From Chrysemys picta bellii (lineage: Eukaryota), in contig NC_088798.1 in assembly GCF_011386835.1 (NCBI RefSeq), positions 73,594,001 to 73,658,000 of the forward strand: a stretch of 64,000 nt of DNA, given 5' to 3'. A model generated the notes under the pieces. The model was given only the letters and a program-made list of their open reading frames with translations. It was not told the origin of the DNA and made no database searches. The position numbers and the translations under genes were made by a program. Below, one piece after another: positions 46,301 to 55,652 of this stretch. Each line of letters opens with the position of its first letter. The first letter of the stretch is position 1.

Positions 46301-46838
46301 TCCCCCTCTTAGTGCTACTCCCTACAGCACAAAAGCGACAGGGAAGGACACAGGCAAAGCCTCCCCCAGTCACTGAGCCTGCCCTGAGGAGCAGGAGAAA
46401 CTCTCTGCCCTGCCCAGTTGGGTTAGTCCCCTGTCCTGGCTGAGCCATTGTGACACCCACCCACTGGCCAAGCTGGGCTACTGAATGCTACTCTGAATTG
46501 GAACAGGAAGAAGTTTGCAACCCCAGATCCCACCCCCAGCCCCACATAAGCCACAGCTCTGGCCTGGCACAGCTCACTTGTTGACCTTTACTGGTTTCTG
46601 GTTGAGAGGAAGGGCTGAGGCACTGCATGGTAAAAGGACCCACTGGTCTCTGCAGGTGTTTCGGGCCTATCGGGGTCTCTCAGAGGAGCAGACGCATGCG
46701 CTGGATCGACGGTCCCGGAAGCTGCTGCAGGAGGCCCTCCAGGACGCCATCTCCCTGTCTGCTCAGAACCAGCAGCTCCGGGCACACAGCCAGCTGGGCT
46801 GCACTGATCGCGCCACGCAGACAGACCCGCACTCCTGA
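19327..46838 (+). CDS. 17-exon gene encoding a 660-aa protein: degenerate kinesin-motor-like domain (about aa 8-317) plus coiled coils (candidate pseudokinesin)
   Basis: Hand-assembled exons: 19327-19341, 19646-19697, 21144-21229, 21882-21929, 22802-22948, 29470-29547, 33169-33251, 34637-34774, 35489-35602, 36154-36284, 37723-37940, 39451-39534, 40059-40179, 40518-40684, 43015-43164, 45481-45648 (alternative acceptor 45496), 46656-46838. All introns are GT-AG, all phases match, and the total is 1983 nt with no internal stop. Motifs in kinesin order: VRAAVGLR, CFTFDGIFSLDTGQDEVFSELVRPLL..V.LGY, TVSFVQ...RDLLSP, VEEASEIVV, SLFTLTMEQ, LPWILKRMLEGNNLTFLLLCL, EEILSALSLAEQVRGL. The first three exons and exons 13-14 are the least certain. 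Confidence 0.82.
24165..27068 (-). CDS. CR1 ORF2: apurinic endonuclease plus reverse transcriptase, 967 aa
   Basis: APE motifs YTNARSL, GITETW, YRPP, GDFNFP, SDH. RT motifs PGNYRPVSL, DFSKAFD, PQGSVLGP, FADD. Confidence 0.96.
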   Translation of the reverse strand: MEKVSKRRGDIAGEMRLDIGRTGGTDARRPATYSAANGRRAKRHTLGCLYTNARSLGNKMEELELLVQELKPDIVGITETWWNGSQDWNTGMEGYALFRKDRNKGKGGGVALYVNSEINCKEIIVDGLDNTESVWAILTLGNRTTRASPGIVLGVCYRPPGSTQDMDKELFNVFREVITNRNCVIMGDFNFPDIDWGTNASSNNRAQMFLEVLADQFLHQVVTEPTRGEAILDLILASSEDLVEEVVVGDNLGSSDHELIRFKIHGRSNRIKSKTRVYNFKKANFNKLRGLVREVDWANVLMDLKAEEAWDYFKLKMHELSEACIPKKGKRLLSKRFRPSWMSDRLKGAIRKKQKAYKEWKRGGISKEMYLSEVRECRDRVRKAKGRVELDLARGIKSNSKRFYSHINRKKAKKEEVGPLKSIAGEEIKDNLGMAQYLNEYFASVFNEANEGIRDTSTTIEGHSGWGITVSEVETKLERLNGAKSGGPDDLHPRILKELAREIAGPLAIIFNESVNSGVVPLDWRIANVVPLFKKGKKSDPGNYRPVSLTSVVCKVLEKILKEKLVEDLEGSGNCDKLQHGFTKGRSCQTNLISFFENVTDLLDKGNAVDLIYLDFSKAFDTVPHEELLVKLKNMGIDMKIQKWIRNWLLGRMQRVVLKGELSGWREVTSGVPQGSVLGPILFNLFITDLGTDCRSGLIKFADDTKVGGVVNSEEDRDILQGDLNELVNWSIRNKMKFNSEKCKVMHLGMTNNNFSYKMGTHWLEVTEEEKDLGVLVDRRMTMSRQCDVAVKKANAVLGCIRRGISSRDKEVLLPLYKALVRPHLEYCVQFWSPMFKKDELKLERVQRRATRMIRGMEKLSYERRLEELGLFSLTKRRLRGDMIAIFKYIRGINTREGEELFQLSTNVDTRTNGYKLAVGKFRLEIRRRFLTVRGVKYWNGLPRETVGATDLSGFKIKLDKFMEGMV
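27121..28257 (-). CDS. CR1 ORF1: zinc-finger-like CxxC/CxxC, coiled coil and SGNH esterase domain, 378 aa
   Basis: First ATG at 28257 (the ORF track extends 34 codons further upstream from a non-ATG start). CGSC...CMKC, then SGNH blocks IGDS, PGA, GTND and DGLH, all present. Confidence 0.92.
   Translation of the reverse strand: MSQAAAADRMQMATCGSCGMYMVLAGDLELRYVCMKCRLIVLLEEKIKGLQMQVDTLVEFRRGFEQLMEERQGGAEGECPVAEVEAEVEDSERGMEGGEHGRWKHVTVRSRPRKRRASEGGIELRNRFECLDSEVEGQQVATEGGRVRKKRRAASPRERGEELMETAPILGPGRIQEGIRGSIRDDRNRHRSGLEGSETRLLDRTVARQRQVYVIGDSLLRRLDRPVTRADPENRRVCCLPGAKIRDVDLRLKRILKGAGKNPLIILHVGTNDTARFSLERIKGDYARLGKTLKEIEAQIIFSGILPVPREGQQRADRIVRINSWLREWCYKEGFGMYGHWEAFGDRHLFSRDGLHLSREGNRLLGGRLAHLIKRALN
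28330..28805 (-). repeat. Tandem monomers in the CR1 5' UTR (unit starts on the plus strand at about 28347, 28560, 28744)
   Basis: Three copies of AACTCCCTCTCAAACTCCCCTGTTAGCCGCCCTGTTTG. The two complete units each carry GGGGCGGGG followed about 25 nt later by ATAAAAG on the element's sense strand. Confidence 0.85.
31834..32830. mobile_element. Non-autonomous hAT-type element (TAGGGTTACC TIR) filled with GC-rich degenerate minisatellite
   Basis: TIRs TAGGGTTACCATA / TATGGTAACCCTA. TSD GTCTGTCA / GTCAGTCA (1 mismatch). Confidence 0.85.
38040..38850 (+). mobile_element. 5'-truncated CR1 fragment (ORF2 C-terminal part)
   Basis: ORF 38187-38930 contains KCKVLHLG, ERDLGV.VD.KL.MSQQC, LEYCVQFWAP and FSLEKRRLRG. 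Confidence 0.9.
43177..44353. mobile_element. Non-autonomous hAT-type element inserted 12 nt after the exon 15 donor of the kinesin-like gene
   Basis: TIRs TAGGGTTACCATA / TATGGTAGCCCTA. Exact 8-bp TSD GTGGGGAA at 43169-43176 and 44354-44361. Confidence 0.9.
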
Positions 46839-48744
46839 GCAGTGAGCTGGGCCGTGCCAGAGCGCTCTGCCCCCACCCCTGGGGGAGTGAACACTAGAGG
46901 TTGGGGGGAGGAGGGCAATGCCTGCCAATCATTCCAGGGAAGAGGTGCAATTTGGGTAACCCCTGGGCCAGCCTTTCTTACAGTGCCAGGCAGGTGTTCT
47001 GGTGTTTTAGCAGGTCTCTGAGCAGCTGGGGAGCTCCTTACCTGCACCTGCTGAATTGGGGAGCTGTCTGTGTGCAATGGCAGACTGGCCCTGGGAAGTT
47101 ATGGGGGACTGAGCAGGCAATGTGAGCACATGGCTAGCTCAATACAGCACCTTCCCCTCCCCCCCACTCCCAACAGGGCTGGGAGAGAGCAGAGCTTCAG
47201 CAAACGGAGGTTTATAAAGCTACAACTCCCATCAGCTTCTGGGCCCTCAGTGGGAAGTGCGCTGTGACCCTGGTCCCAGCTCCTTTCCACAGCAATGGGA
47301 CAAAGTGTAACAGGGGCTTGGAGCCCACTGTAGAACTTGGCAGCTGCTCTCAACTGCTAGGGATAAGATACAGCTGAGGTCCAGCTTCACATGCCCAGAA
47401 ATCACTCACAGCAGTGGAAACAGCTGCACAAGTCAGCAAGGAACCTGGCCCTGGCTCCAGTCCAAGGGCTGTCAGGAGCTGTTAACACACACACTGCAGT
47501 GTTCAGAGTCCAGCCACAGGCCTGTTCCTCCGGACCTGAGGAATGTCTCCCTGCAGCAGGTGCCAGAGGCTGAGGCCAATATGCCCCCACGGGACCTGGC
47601 ATTAGGCATCTGAGGGAGGGGCTGACATGCAGGACTATTAAGCCCCCAGTTCCTGCAGCCTTTCATCAGAGCAGGGGCCCCAGCACTGCCACATACCCAG
47701 CCACCCCAGGAAGTGTCCCAATCAGGAGTTAAGGGACTAGCTGAAGGCTCCCAAAGTAGACCATTTAGGCCACCACGCTCTACCCCCCCCCCCCCCCGCC
47801 CCCATGTGTGAGAACTAGCCCCCTTACCCTCGCTGATCCTGACGCACGTGCAGCCCACCTGGCCTAGGCCTTGAGAGCAGCCATCCATCCTGTTCATTTA
47901 AGATGCTGCAAAAGGTGCACCCACTCCACTGGAACAGGCCTAGCCTGAGCATTCACCACATTTCCTGCTGGCCTGGGCCAAGCCCCTGGCAGGAGCCCCC
48001 GTTACAGCCTAGAGAAAGCTGCTGTCTACACGGCAGCCTAAGTGGGTTGACACCTCGGCGACCCCAGGGCTCTGCCCCAGTCAGGTCCCAGCCACACTAT
48101 AGCTTTTAACTGCAGTGTAAATGAATCCCCCAGCTCATCCCAGGGGAATGGGCAACCTGATCACAGCCTTTACAGACAGCAGCTTAAGCTCAGCCCCTTT
48201 CCTCAGCAGGACTTACTGCACCTTCCCTACACATCCTGGCAGCCTGCACCTATGGTGCCAACAGCAAGTGGGGCCTTCTCCCCAGAAAGGTTTGGGAGGT
48301 GACAGTCTTTTACCCATGGGGCAGGGTGCCTAACAAACATATGGGTGGCTTGTTTTTCTTGCTGGTTTACTCCCCCTTCGGATTCAGCCAACAAGTAGGA
48401 AGAGGCACACAGTTCACTGTGCGTACTGCAGGGGACCCCAGTAAGAGCATGAGCAGGCAGATACAGCATTTGGGAGCAGTTCCATGGGTAGTCACAGTAA
48501 ATGCATCCAGACAGGGCTCTGACAAGCTGTCCAGAACAAGGGTTCTCTCTGCACCCCTGGGGAAAGGCTGAACAAAGCCCCAGGTGCCTCTTTCCAAGGG
48601 GCTGGGGCTGTCAGCAATGTGGGGAACTGTGCTCCCATGGGGCTGGCAAGCACTGCTGAAATACTATGGGAAATGAACTGCATGAGACAACTGGACCAGG
48701 AACCCAGCACAGGTTTCTCATTCCCTCAGGCTGCTGCCAGCTGA

Positions 48745-48770
48745 AATAAACCAATGAGACTCTCAATAAA
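48745..48770 (+). terminator. Candidate tandem polyadenylation signals for the kinesin-like gene
   Basis: Two AATAAA hexamers (48745-48750 and 48765-48770) about 1.9 kb after the stop codon. Confidence 0.4.
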
Positions 48771-49553
48771 CAGTGTATTCAAAGGTTCCAATAGGATGCT
48801 GCGCTCCACTGAGGAAGGGCCCTTCGCTCCAATCCAGAGACACACTCACATTAAAATGAGGTCAGACTAGGGGCTGGGCATTGGCCTGTTTGGTCCGACC
48901 AGTCTCCCTGCCAGCAAGAGGATAGGAATGAGACAGTCACAAGGGCTGGGAAAATGCAGGTTTTAATACTACAGCCAGCGCCAGGGTAGGCGTTGCTGTT
49001 GGCGCACTGGGGGTGACAGGAACTGAACCTTGTCAAACCTAAGTTGGTACAAATCCAGATACAAACCCAACATTTATACAGGCTAAACAGTCACTATGCT
49101 CTCAAAAACACACACTGCTGCAGGCGTCAGCTGACAAGCAGGGCAACAGCCCCATGCAGCTGCACTGCTCCCATGAGGACTCCAGGTCAAGTGGCAATCA
49201 GAGGCCTGTAGCAGGAATGGCTGCCCCCTGCCCTGCCCCAGCCTGGCACTGGCACAGTGGGAAATGGACAACTCAATTCATGAGATGAGGCATAGCTTCC
49301 CTGAGGTAGGGAGTTTGGGCTGCCCAGCACAGGATCTGCCCAACAGCATGCTGGGAAGCACAACACTCCAGGGCAGACTGAGCTGGAGCTGGCAGGGGTG
49401 TGGAATGTAGTCAGACCCCTGTCTCAGGAAGCAGCAGATGCATGTGGTGGCTTCTGCATGTTGAAGGGCAGGTGCACTGGAGAGGAAAGCATGGGCAGCG
49501 GAAAGGTGTAGGGGGAAAACCCAAAGCTCCAGCCCTGCCTCTCAGAGTGCACT

Positions 49554-49559
49554 TTTATT
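49554..49559 (-). terminator. Candidate polyadenylation signal of SLC35A4
   Basis: TTTATT on the plus strand (AATAAA on the minus strand), about 2.1 kb after the SLC35A4 stop codon. Confidence 0.4.
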
Positions 49560-51653
49560 GCATTTCTAGGCTAGGGAGGAAGCATTAGCCCCTGTTCAGA
49601 CACCCTACTCTGGAGACAGCTGAACCCCTTGCCCAGTACACGCAGACCCCTGCTGAGGTTTGGTACCGGGAATGGCAGAGCAAAAAGCTCTCCCCTGCCA
49701 AGCTGACTGCTTGGGCTCCTGCACTGGCTGGCTGGCACAAAGCAGGGAGCTGCCTTCCTCCCACCCCGTCAGTCATTTGTAAACGGTTTAGTCATTTATG
49801 GAGAAACCAAGGACTTGGCAAGGACAATTTTCAAGAGGGCAGATCACCACCACCAGGCTGACAACTGGCCTGCCTGAGCAGACCCCAAAAACAGACTGGA
49901 ACCAGGAACGTCCAGAGGATTCAGGGGGCCTGGGGCAAAGCAATTTCAGGGGCCCCTTACATTAAAAAAAGTTGCAATACTGTAGACTACTATATTCTCC
50001 TGGGGGCCCCTGTGGGGCCTGGGGCAAATTGCCCCACTTGCCGCCCCCCCACCCCCGGTGGCCCTGACTGGACCATGGAGACTGAACAGAGATGGGGTCC
50101 CTCAAGGTGGGCCACTGGCACATGTGGGGGAAGCTGGGACTGCCAGGCCTGCAACTGTTCTGTGGCTAAACAGAGGGATCAGTCTGCAGGGTTGCCAAAC
50201 CAGACCCTGCCCGAGCACGGCAATCATCCCCGTCTTCAATTCTGGGCATCTTAATGATTCCAACCATTTTATTTTCCTCTTTCCCAATCAACAGGGAACT
50301 CCTCTGGCCTTCAAGCCACCACCCCAGCTCCTGCCGTGCATCATAGCTGACAGCTCAGCTAACACTCAACAGTAGCTGCTTTCATGCTGAAGATACAGAT
50401 CTATGCTTCAATCCAAAGGGCAAGAGAAGTTAGCTGTGGGCATTAGGTACCTGGCAAACAGGCAGATGCTAGCAACAGATTCACCTGATGGGTTCCAGCT
50501 GGGGCCTAGGTGACCAGGGCTAAGCTCTGCAAAGGTATTTAGGCACCTAGCTCCCAGGGGAATCAATGGGAGTTAGGTGCCTTTGAGGATCTGGGCCCAG
50601 GAGTCTACTACACGTTAAGAGCCAGATTTTGAGAAACGGGTGTGCCAGTGTGTGTGCGCAAGGCATCTTAGTGATAACCATGCACACACAGGCCCCCAGC
50701 TGAACAGCAGTTCGTCATGTCACTGGAACTTTCCAGGGAGATGGTTACACGTATCGTTTCCACTGACAGAAGAGTCAACAGCTCTTTGATGCTTTGTTAC
50801 AGAGATGAGAGCAGCAGGTAGGAAGGGGTCTGGGAAATACACTCGCCATACGTTGCTTGAGAACAAGGCTCTGCCTTGGAATCAATGTGCAGCTCACTGC
50901 ACAGGATGTGCACAAAACTGGGACTATCCCCCTTCCAAAAGGCACTTTGAATCTGTAACAGCTGGATCAGGGCTCAGAGTGTTGTGGAGGCACCAGGCAC
51001 AGCCAGAGAGAGGAAGCAGCTCACATCACACAAGTGGTCCCTGAATGAGATGGAAATGGTGCTGATCAGCTGTAACGAGAGTCCCTCAGAGCCCTCCAAG
51101 AAAGGGCCTGAGGACGGGAGCTCAGGCAAAAAGGGAAAATGGGGGATGGTCACAGAGGACACCATTAAACTGCTGTTACGTCACTGGCTTAGTCTTCACC
51201 AGGAAGCCCTCTCACCCTTCCCCCAAAAGGGATACATTGTCTGCAGGATCAGGCCCACCAATAGGGGCTGCTGAGTCAGCGCCTTGCGGGGCTGAGTCCC
51301 TGTATGCGGAATACAGAGCCCATGCAATATATCCCCTCCCACTTCTTCGTGCTGCACAATAGTGCAATTCCTTACAGTGCACGTGCTAGCTACAGGCAAG
51401 GTCTGCTTGTGATAGCCAGTAGCTTTCAGCTGCAGTCCTACTGCCTCACACATGCTTGTCCCTAACCTCAGGTGATGGGTTCTGAAGGGAAACTGCCTTC
51501 TAAGAGGGCAGCCAGGCCAGACTAATGCATTTGTTACATAAAAATGAGGAAAAAAAAAAAGCAACAAGCAGTTACCACCCCGACATAATAGCCCAGAACA
51601 TGCCAGCTATAGCCTCAAAACCAGATGTCTCCCACAGAGCTGCAAGGTGGAGT

Positions 51654-52631
51654 CTATTTGACTCCATAATACAAGTGAACTGCCAAGCCGATCAGCAAGA
51701 CAGCGAGGAAGAAAAAGGCAGTGAGCTGCAGGCTGAAGAGCAGTATGGATAGAAGGGCATTAACAAGCATAGAGCAGGAGATAACAAAGAGCCTGGTGAT
51801 GTTACTGCTGTGCTTCATGACCACAGACATTATCAAGCCATTCAGGGCCTGGCTGACCACGATTACCAGCACCCAGAAAGAAAAGCCATCCAGGAATCCA
51901 GCCCCATTGCTGCTCAAGAGATGGACAATCAAGTTCAGCAGGACTCCAAAGTAGTAAAGAAACAGGTTCTGGAGGGTAAGTGGCAGATCTTGGGTTTTCA
52001 GGATGACTTCAGTATAGACAGCAGACAGGCCTGATATCAGGCAGTACACGGAGATGAGCAGCAAGCCAATCAGGGTGACGTGTAGCTGCATCTCAGAGGA
52101 GCTGGAGGAGTGCTGCAGGTCCTGGAGGCCTCCATAGGTGTAGCTCGCCCCAGCAGCTGTTAGCAGGAAGAGGGCCAGCCACTTGTGCAGAGAGAGTCTT
52201 TGGTGCAGGAACATGCTGTACAGGAGAGCAGTACTGCCAATCTTCAGGTTACTCAGGACCTGGTAGGTGCTAGGATCCATGAACAGCTGCATGTGAACCA
52301 CCAGGTTATTGTTGGCAGCATAGAGTAGCGCAGATAGGGCAAAGGGGGCAGCATGGCGCCATGACAGGGAGACTCCCAGCTGCCTCCGGTCCCAGATCAG
52401 CAGGGAAATGAAGGAGATCACCAGCTTGGTCAGTTCAGTAAGAACCACAACTGATGAGGCGCTGAATGGGATCTTTCCATCCACTTTACAAAGAGTCAGA
52501 AGGGGTGCATGAGAGCCATAGATAGCAACAGACATGACTAGCATCAGTGCCCACAGCACTCTCTTGAGCCCCCTGGTGGGAGCGCTGAGCAGTGAACCAG
52601 CAGCACTACCATTCGCAATAATTATTCCCAT
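51654..52631 (-). CDS. SLC35A4: Probable nucleotide-sugar transporter SLC35A4, 325 aa, intronless main ORF
   Basis: Multi-pass hydrophobic protein with SLC35A motifs (YGSHAPLL.LCKVDG.IPF, PFALSALLYAANNNL, YQVLSNLKI, SGLSAVYTE, QNLFLY, NGLIMS.VMKHSSNITRLF). It lies head-to-head with APBB3, as in mammals. Confidence 0.95.
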   Translation of the reverse strand: MGIIIANGSAAGSLLSAPTRGLKRVLWALMLVMSVAIYGSHAPLLTLCKVDGKIPFSASSVVVLTELTKLVISFISLLIWDRRQLGVSLSWRHAAPFALSALLYAANNNLVVHMQLFMDPSTYQVLSNLKIGSTALLYSMFLHQRLSLHKWLALFLLTAAGASYTYGGLQDLQHSSSSSEMQLHVTLIGLLLISVYCLISGLSAVYTEVILKTQDLPLTLQNLFLYYFGVLLNLIVHLLSSNGAGFLDGFSFWVLVIVVSQALNGLIMSVVMKHSSNITRLFVISCSMLVNALLSILLFSLQLTAFFFLAVLLIGLAVHLYYGVK

Positions 52632-53295
52632 GAGGCAGTAGATTCCAGCAAAGGGTAAAGGATAGCACCTGGTCCTTTCACGGTCAGAGCCTCAGTAGAG
52701 GCAAGAACATTCCAGGATGTAGATGTGTTTCTAAAAATCAAGTCACTGCCTTGGAGAGAGAGACACAACAAATGCCATATATTTAAAGACAGTCTAATTA
52801 GGAAGACACTGAACTATTCATTATGTGCTCAATGCAAGAAGAGGAACATGTTTGCTCTTTATCAGGGGAAAAAAAAAATTGAGGTCTCCCTAGAAATCAG
52901 ACAAAGCACATTTCCTGGGCAAGGCAATCGATATGTGAAGGGATGTAATAATAGCATATGAGATGATCTGACACAGCCGCCCTTCCAGTCTACTGGGGGG
53001 AAAATGCAGGGTAAGAAATTACAGTGAGAAAGGCAGTTGTCAACATTCAGATTTTGAAGCTCGCAAGCACTGGACAGCGGAAAGCAGCGGTTGCTACCTT
53101 CAGGGTATTCTGATTAATAATATTTTGTAATCAGACCTGCTGATGTTTCACACTGATCTGGTATTACACATGTTTTACAATGGGCCAGAATGACATATGT
53201 AGCTACAGTCCTGGGAGCCCCTTAAGATCATGTCAAAGATGTCTAACAAGAGAAGAGCTGTTTCTGGAGTGCATTGTTGTCCAAAGGATTCTCCT

Positions 53296-55652
53296 CTAGT
53301 CTGGTCCTTTCCTCAGCGAGCTGACATAGTCTCGGATTGTCTTTTCAACATTGGGAACTGCATAGGCCTGAGCTGCATATATTCCAGTGCAGGTCCCAAA
53401 CACAAATCCTAGGACTGCAGAAGATCGGAGTTTGGCTACAATGTAACCTGCCAGAAACCCCTTGAGAAATGGAGATGCCAGCAAAGAACCATCCTGCAGA
53501 GAAAAAGGAGAGAAGGGGATGAAATAGTCTCTTGGACAAAAGTGTACCCTAATGCATAAAACTTAGATGGAACATGTCATCTTCTTCCACTGATTACACA
53601 AACCTGGCAACAGTGGTCTAGGGAAATGTTATCACCACAGAAGAAATAAATATAACCTCAGTATTTTGCCAAGAAAGCAAGTGAAACCAAGCATTCAACT
53701 CGGTTGGAGATACAACTTGGAGATACAACTAGTGTGCACTCCAAGTGGAGCAGAATACATTCATTCTACTGGAAGATCACAGAACAGCACAACTTCTTGG
53801 GAGATTAATCTAGGGCTAAAGTGTTAAAGAACTTCAGCTTTACCTGGCCCACTCCAGCCTGCACCTCGTCTTCCACTCGCTGCTGTAAGTTTTCCAACTG
53901 AGACTTCAAAAAAGCAAGATCCTTCAGCTTTGGCCTTGAGTCCTACACAATTAAAACAAAGACTCAATGTTGCATACTGCTTGCAAACATGCAATTCAGT
54001 AACTTCATGACAAAGAGTCAAATTCCTTTTGTTCAGGGAACTACTATTCTGGCACAGCATTTAGGCCATGCTGCAGAGGGAACAGGAAGTGACTAGACCA
54101 GGGATCAGCAGCCTTTGGCACGCAGCTCGCCAGGGTAAGCCCGGCGGGCTGGGCCAGTTTTGTTTATGGGCCGCATCCGCAGGTTCAGCCGATCGTGGCT
54201 CCCACTGGCCATGGTTCGCCGCTCCAGGCCAATGGGGGCGGTGGAAAGCGGCTGCCAGCACATCCCTTGGCCCACGTCACTTCCTGCAACCCCCATTGGC
54301 CTGAAGCAGCGAACCGCGGCCAGTGGGAGCCACGATCAACCGAACTTGCAGATATGGCAGGTAAACAAAGCGGCCCAGCCCGCCGGGGGCTTACCCTGGC
54401 GAGCCCCGTGCCAAAGGTTGCCGATCCCTGGACTAGAGTGATGTAACAGACTGCACTAATGTTGATAAAGTCACATTTTAAGTAGATCTATCTCAGGGGT
54501 CGGCAACCTCTGGCACGCGGCTTGCCAGGGTAAGCACCCTGGCGGGCCAGGCCAGTTTGTTTACCTGCCGCATCGGCAGGTTCAGCCGATCGATCGCGGC
54601 TCCCACTGGCTGCAGTTCGCTGCTCCAGGCCAATGGGGGCTGTGGGAAGCTGCGGCCAGCACATCCCTCGGGAGCCGTGTGCCAGAGGTTGCCGACCCTG
54701 ATCTATCTTTTAAACTAAAGGTAGGAAGCTAAGGCTTCCCAGGCCTGTACAGAAGGGAATTAAGACTGCCTAAAAATATCCCATGGTTACTGAAGTTTAG
54801 TTCAGTCATTTCAATTCTGAAGGGGCTTAACCAATGTCAAAAGCCCATTATTTTCAACTTCAGACATTCTACAATCATATGCCTAATGAAATCTACAAAA
54901 ATGTTCAATTTCAAGCCTCCAGCTGTGTAATTTTGAGAAAAGATGGTACGGCTTGATCTGTGTCACCTACCTTCATAGGGTGTATGCACTACAGGTCAGG
55001 CCACCGGTAAAACCAGAAATCCCTGCAATCGTGTCACTCTGCGGAAAGCGCATTACAAAATGCAGCGCCAGAAAGGCTCCGTGGTTGGGAGAGCCAGAGA
55101 GAGGCCGGTTAACGCCGCACCAAGGCGGTAGTGGAAAGCTAGGAAGTATCTAGCCCAACAGTGGAGTTACCCCATTTACAGGTCGCAGCAGGCTCAGGTA
55201 AACGCTTGGGAGACACAGATAAGTATTTACCGAGCATTACCTTCGCTGGTACGGCCACCGGGGCAGCGGAGCCCAGCCACCGAGCACGCTCAGCACTGGC
55301 CAGCTGCCGGAACCGTTCCTCGGCCTGATGCTCCCTCGCCGTTCGCAGCCCAGGCCGAACACGCGGCCGGAGCCGGGGGCAGGGGACGCGGCGGCTCGGG
55401 GCTCTCCAAGCCGGAGGCTTTATGGCACCGGCAGCTTTCTCCACCCCCCGGAGAACTCGGGCCCAGCGGGGGAAGAGGGGCCGGGGCCGGGCAGGCAGTG
55501 GGGCCCGGCCCGGGTCACAGCAGCGAGCCCTTGGCTCCCACCGACCCCCAGGTGGCGGGACCAGCACCACTGCCTACGAGTCGGGCCAGGCTGTGAGCCG
55601 GGCACGATACAGCCCAGCCTCCCAGCGCCTCTCTCACCTTATCATCCGCCAT
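53296..55652 (-). CDS. SLC35A4: SLC35A4 upstream-ORF microprotein, 103 aa, three exons (55638-55652, 53844-53942, 53296-53493)
   Basis: MADDK | DSRPKLKDLAFLKSQLENLQQRVEDEVQAGVGQ | DGSLLASPFLKGFLAGYIVAKLRSSAVLGFVFGTCTGIYAAQAYAVPNVEKTIRDYVSSLRKGPD*. Canonical GT-AG phase-0 introns. Length and sequence closely match the human SLC35A4 alt-ORF product as I recall it. Confidence 0.93.
54099..54430. mobile_element. hAT-type MITE in SLC35A4 intron 1
   Basis: Termini CAGGGATCAGCAGCCTTTGGCAC / GTGCCAAAGGTTGCCGATCCCTG. TSD GACTAGAC / GACTAGAG. Confidence 0.85.
54494..54700. mobile_element. Shorter MITE of the same family in SLC35A4 intron 1
   Basis: Termini CAGGGGTCGGCAACCTCTGGCAC / GTGCCAGAGGTTGCCGACCCTG. 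Exact TSD ATCTATCT at 54486-54493 and 54701-54708. Confidence 0.88.

Noticed and set aside
50505-50600. Imperfect hairpin (AAAGGTATTTAGGCACCTAGCTCCCA...TGGGAGTTAGGTGCCTTTGAGG) resembling a pre-miRNA
   Set aside because: Similar palindromic ...GATCTGGGC-ended repeats occur elsewhere in the window (about 11985-12050), indicating a dispersed MITE family rather than a unique ncRNA.
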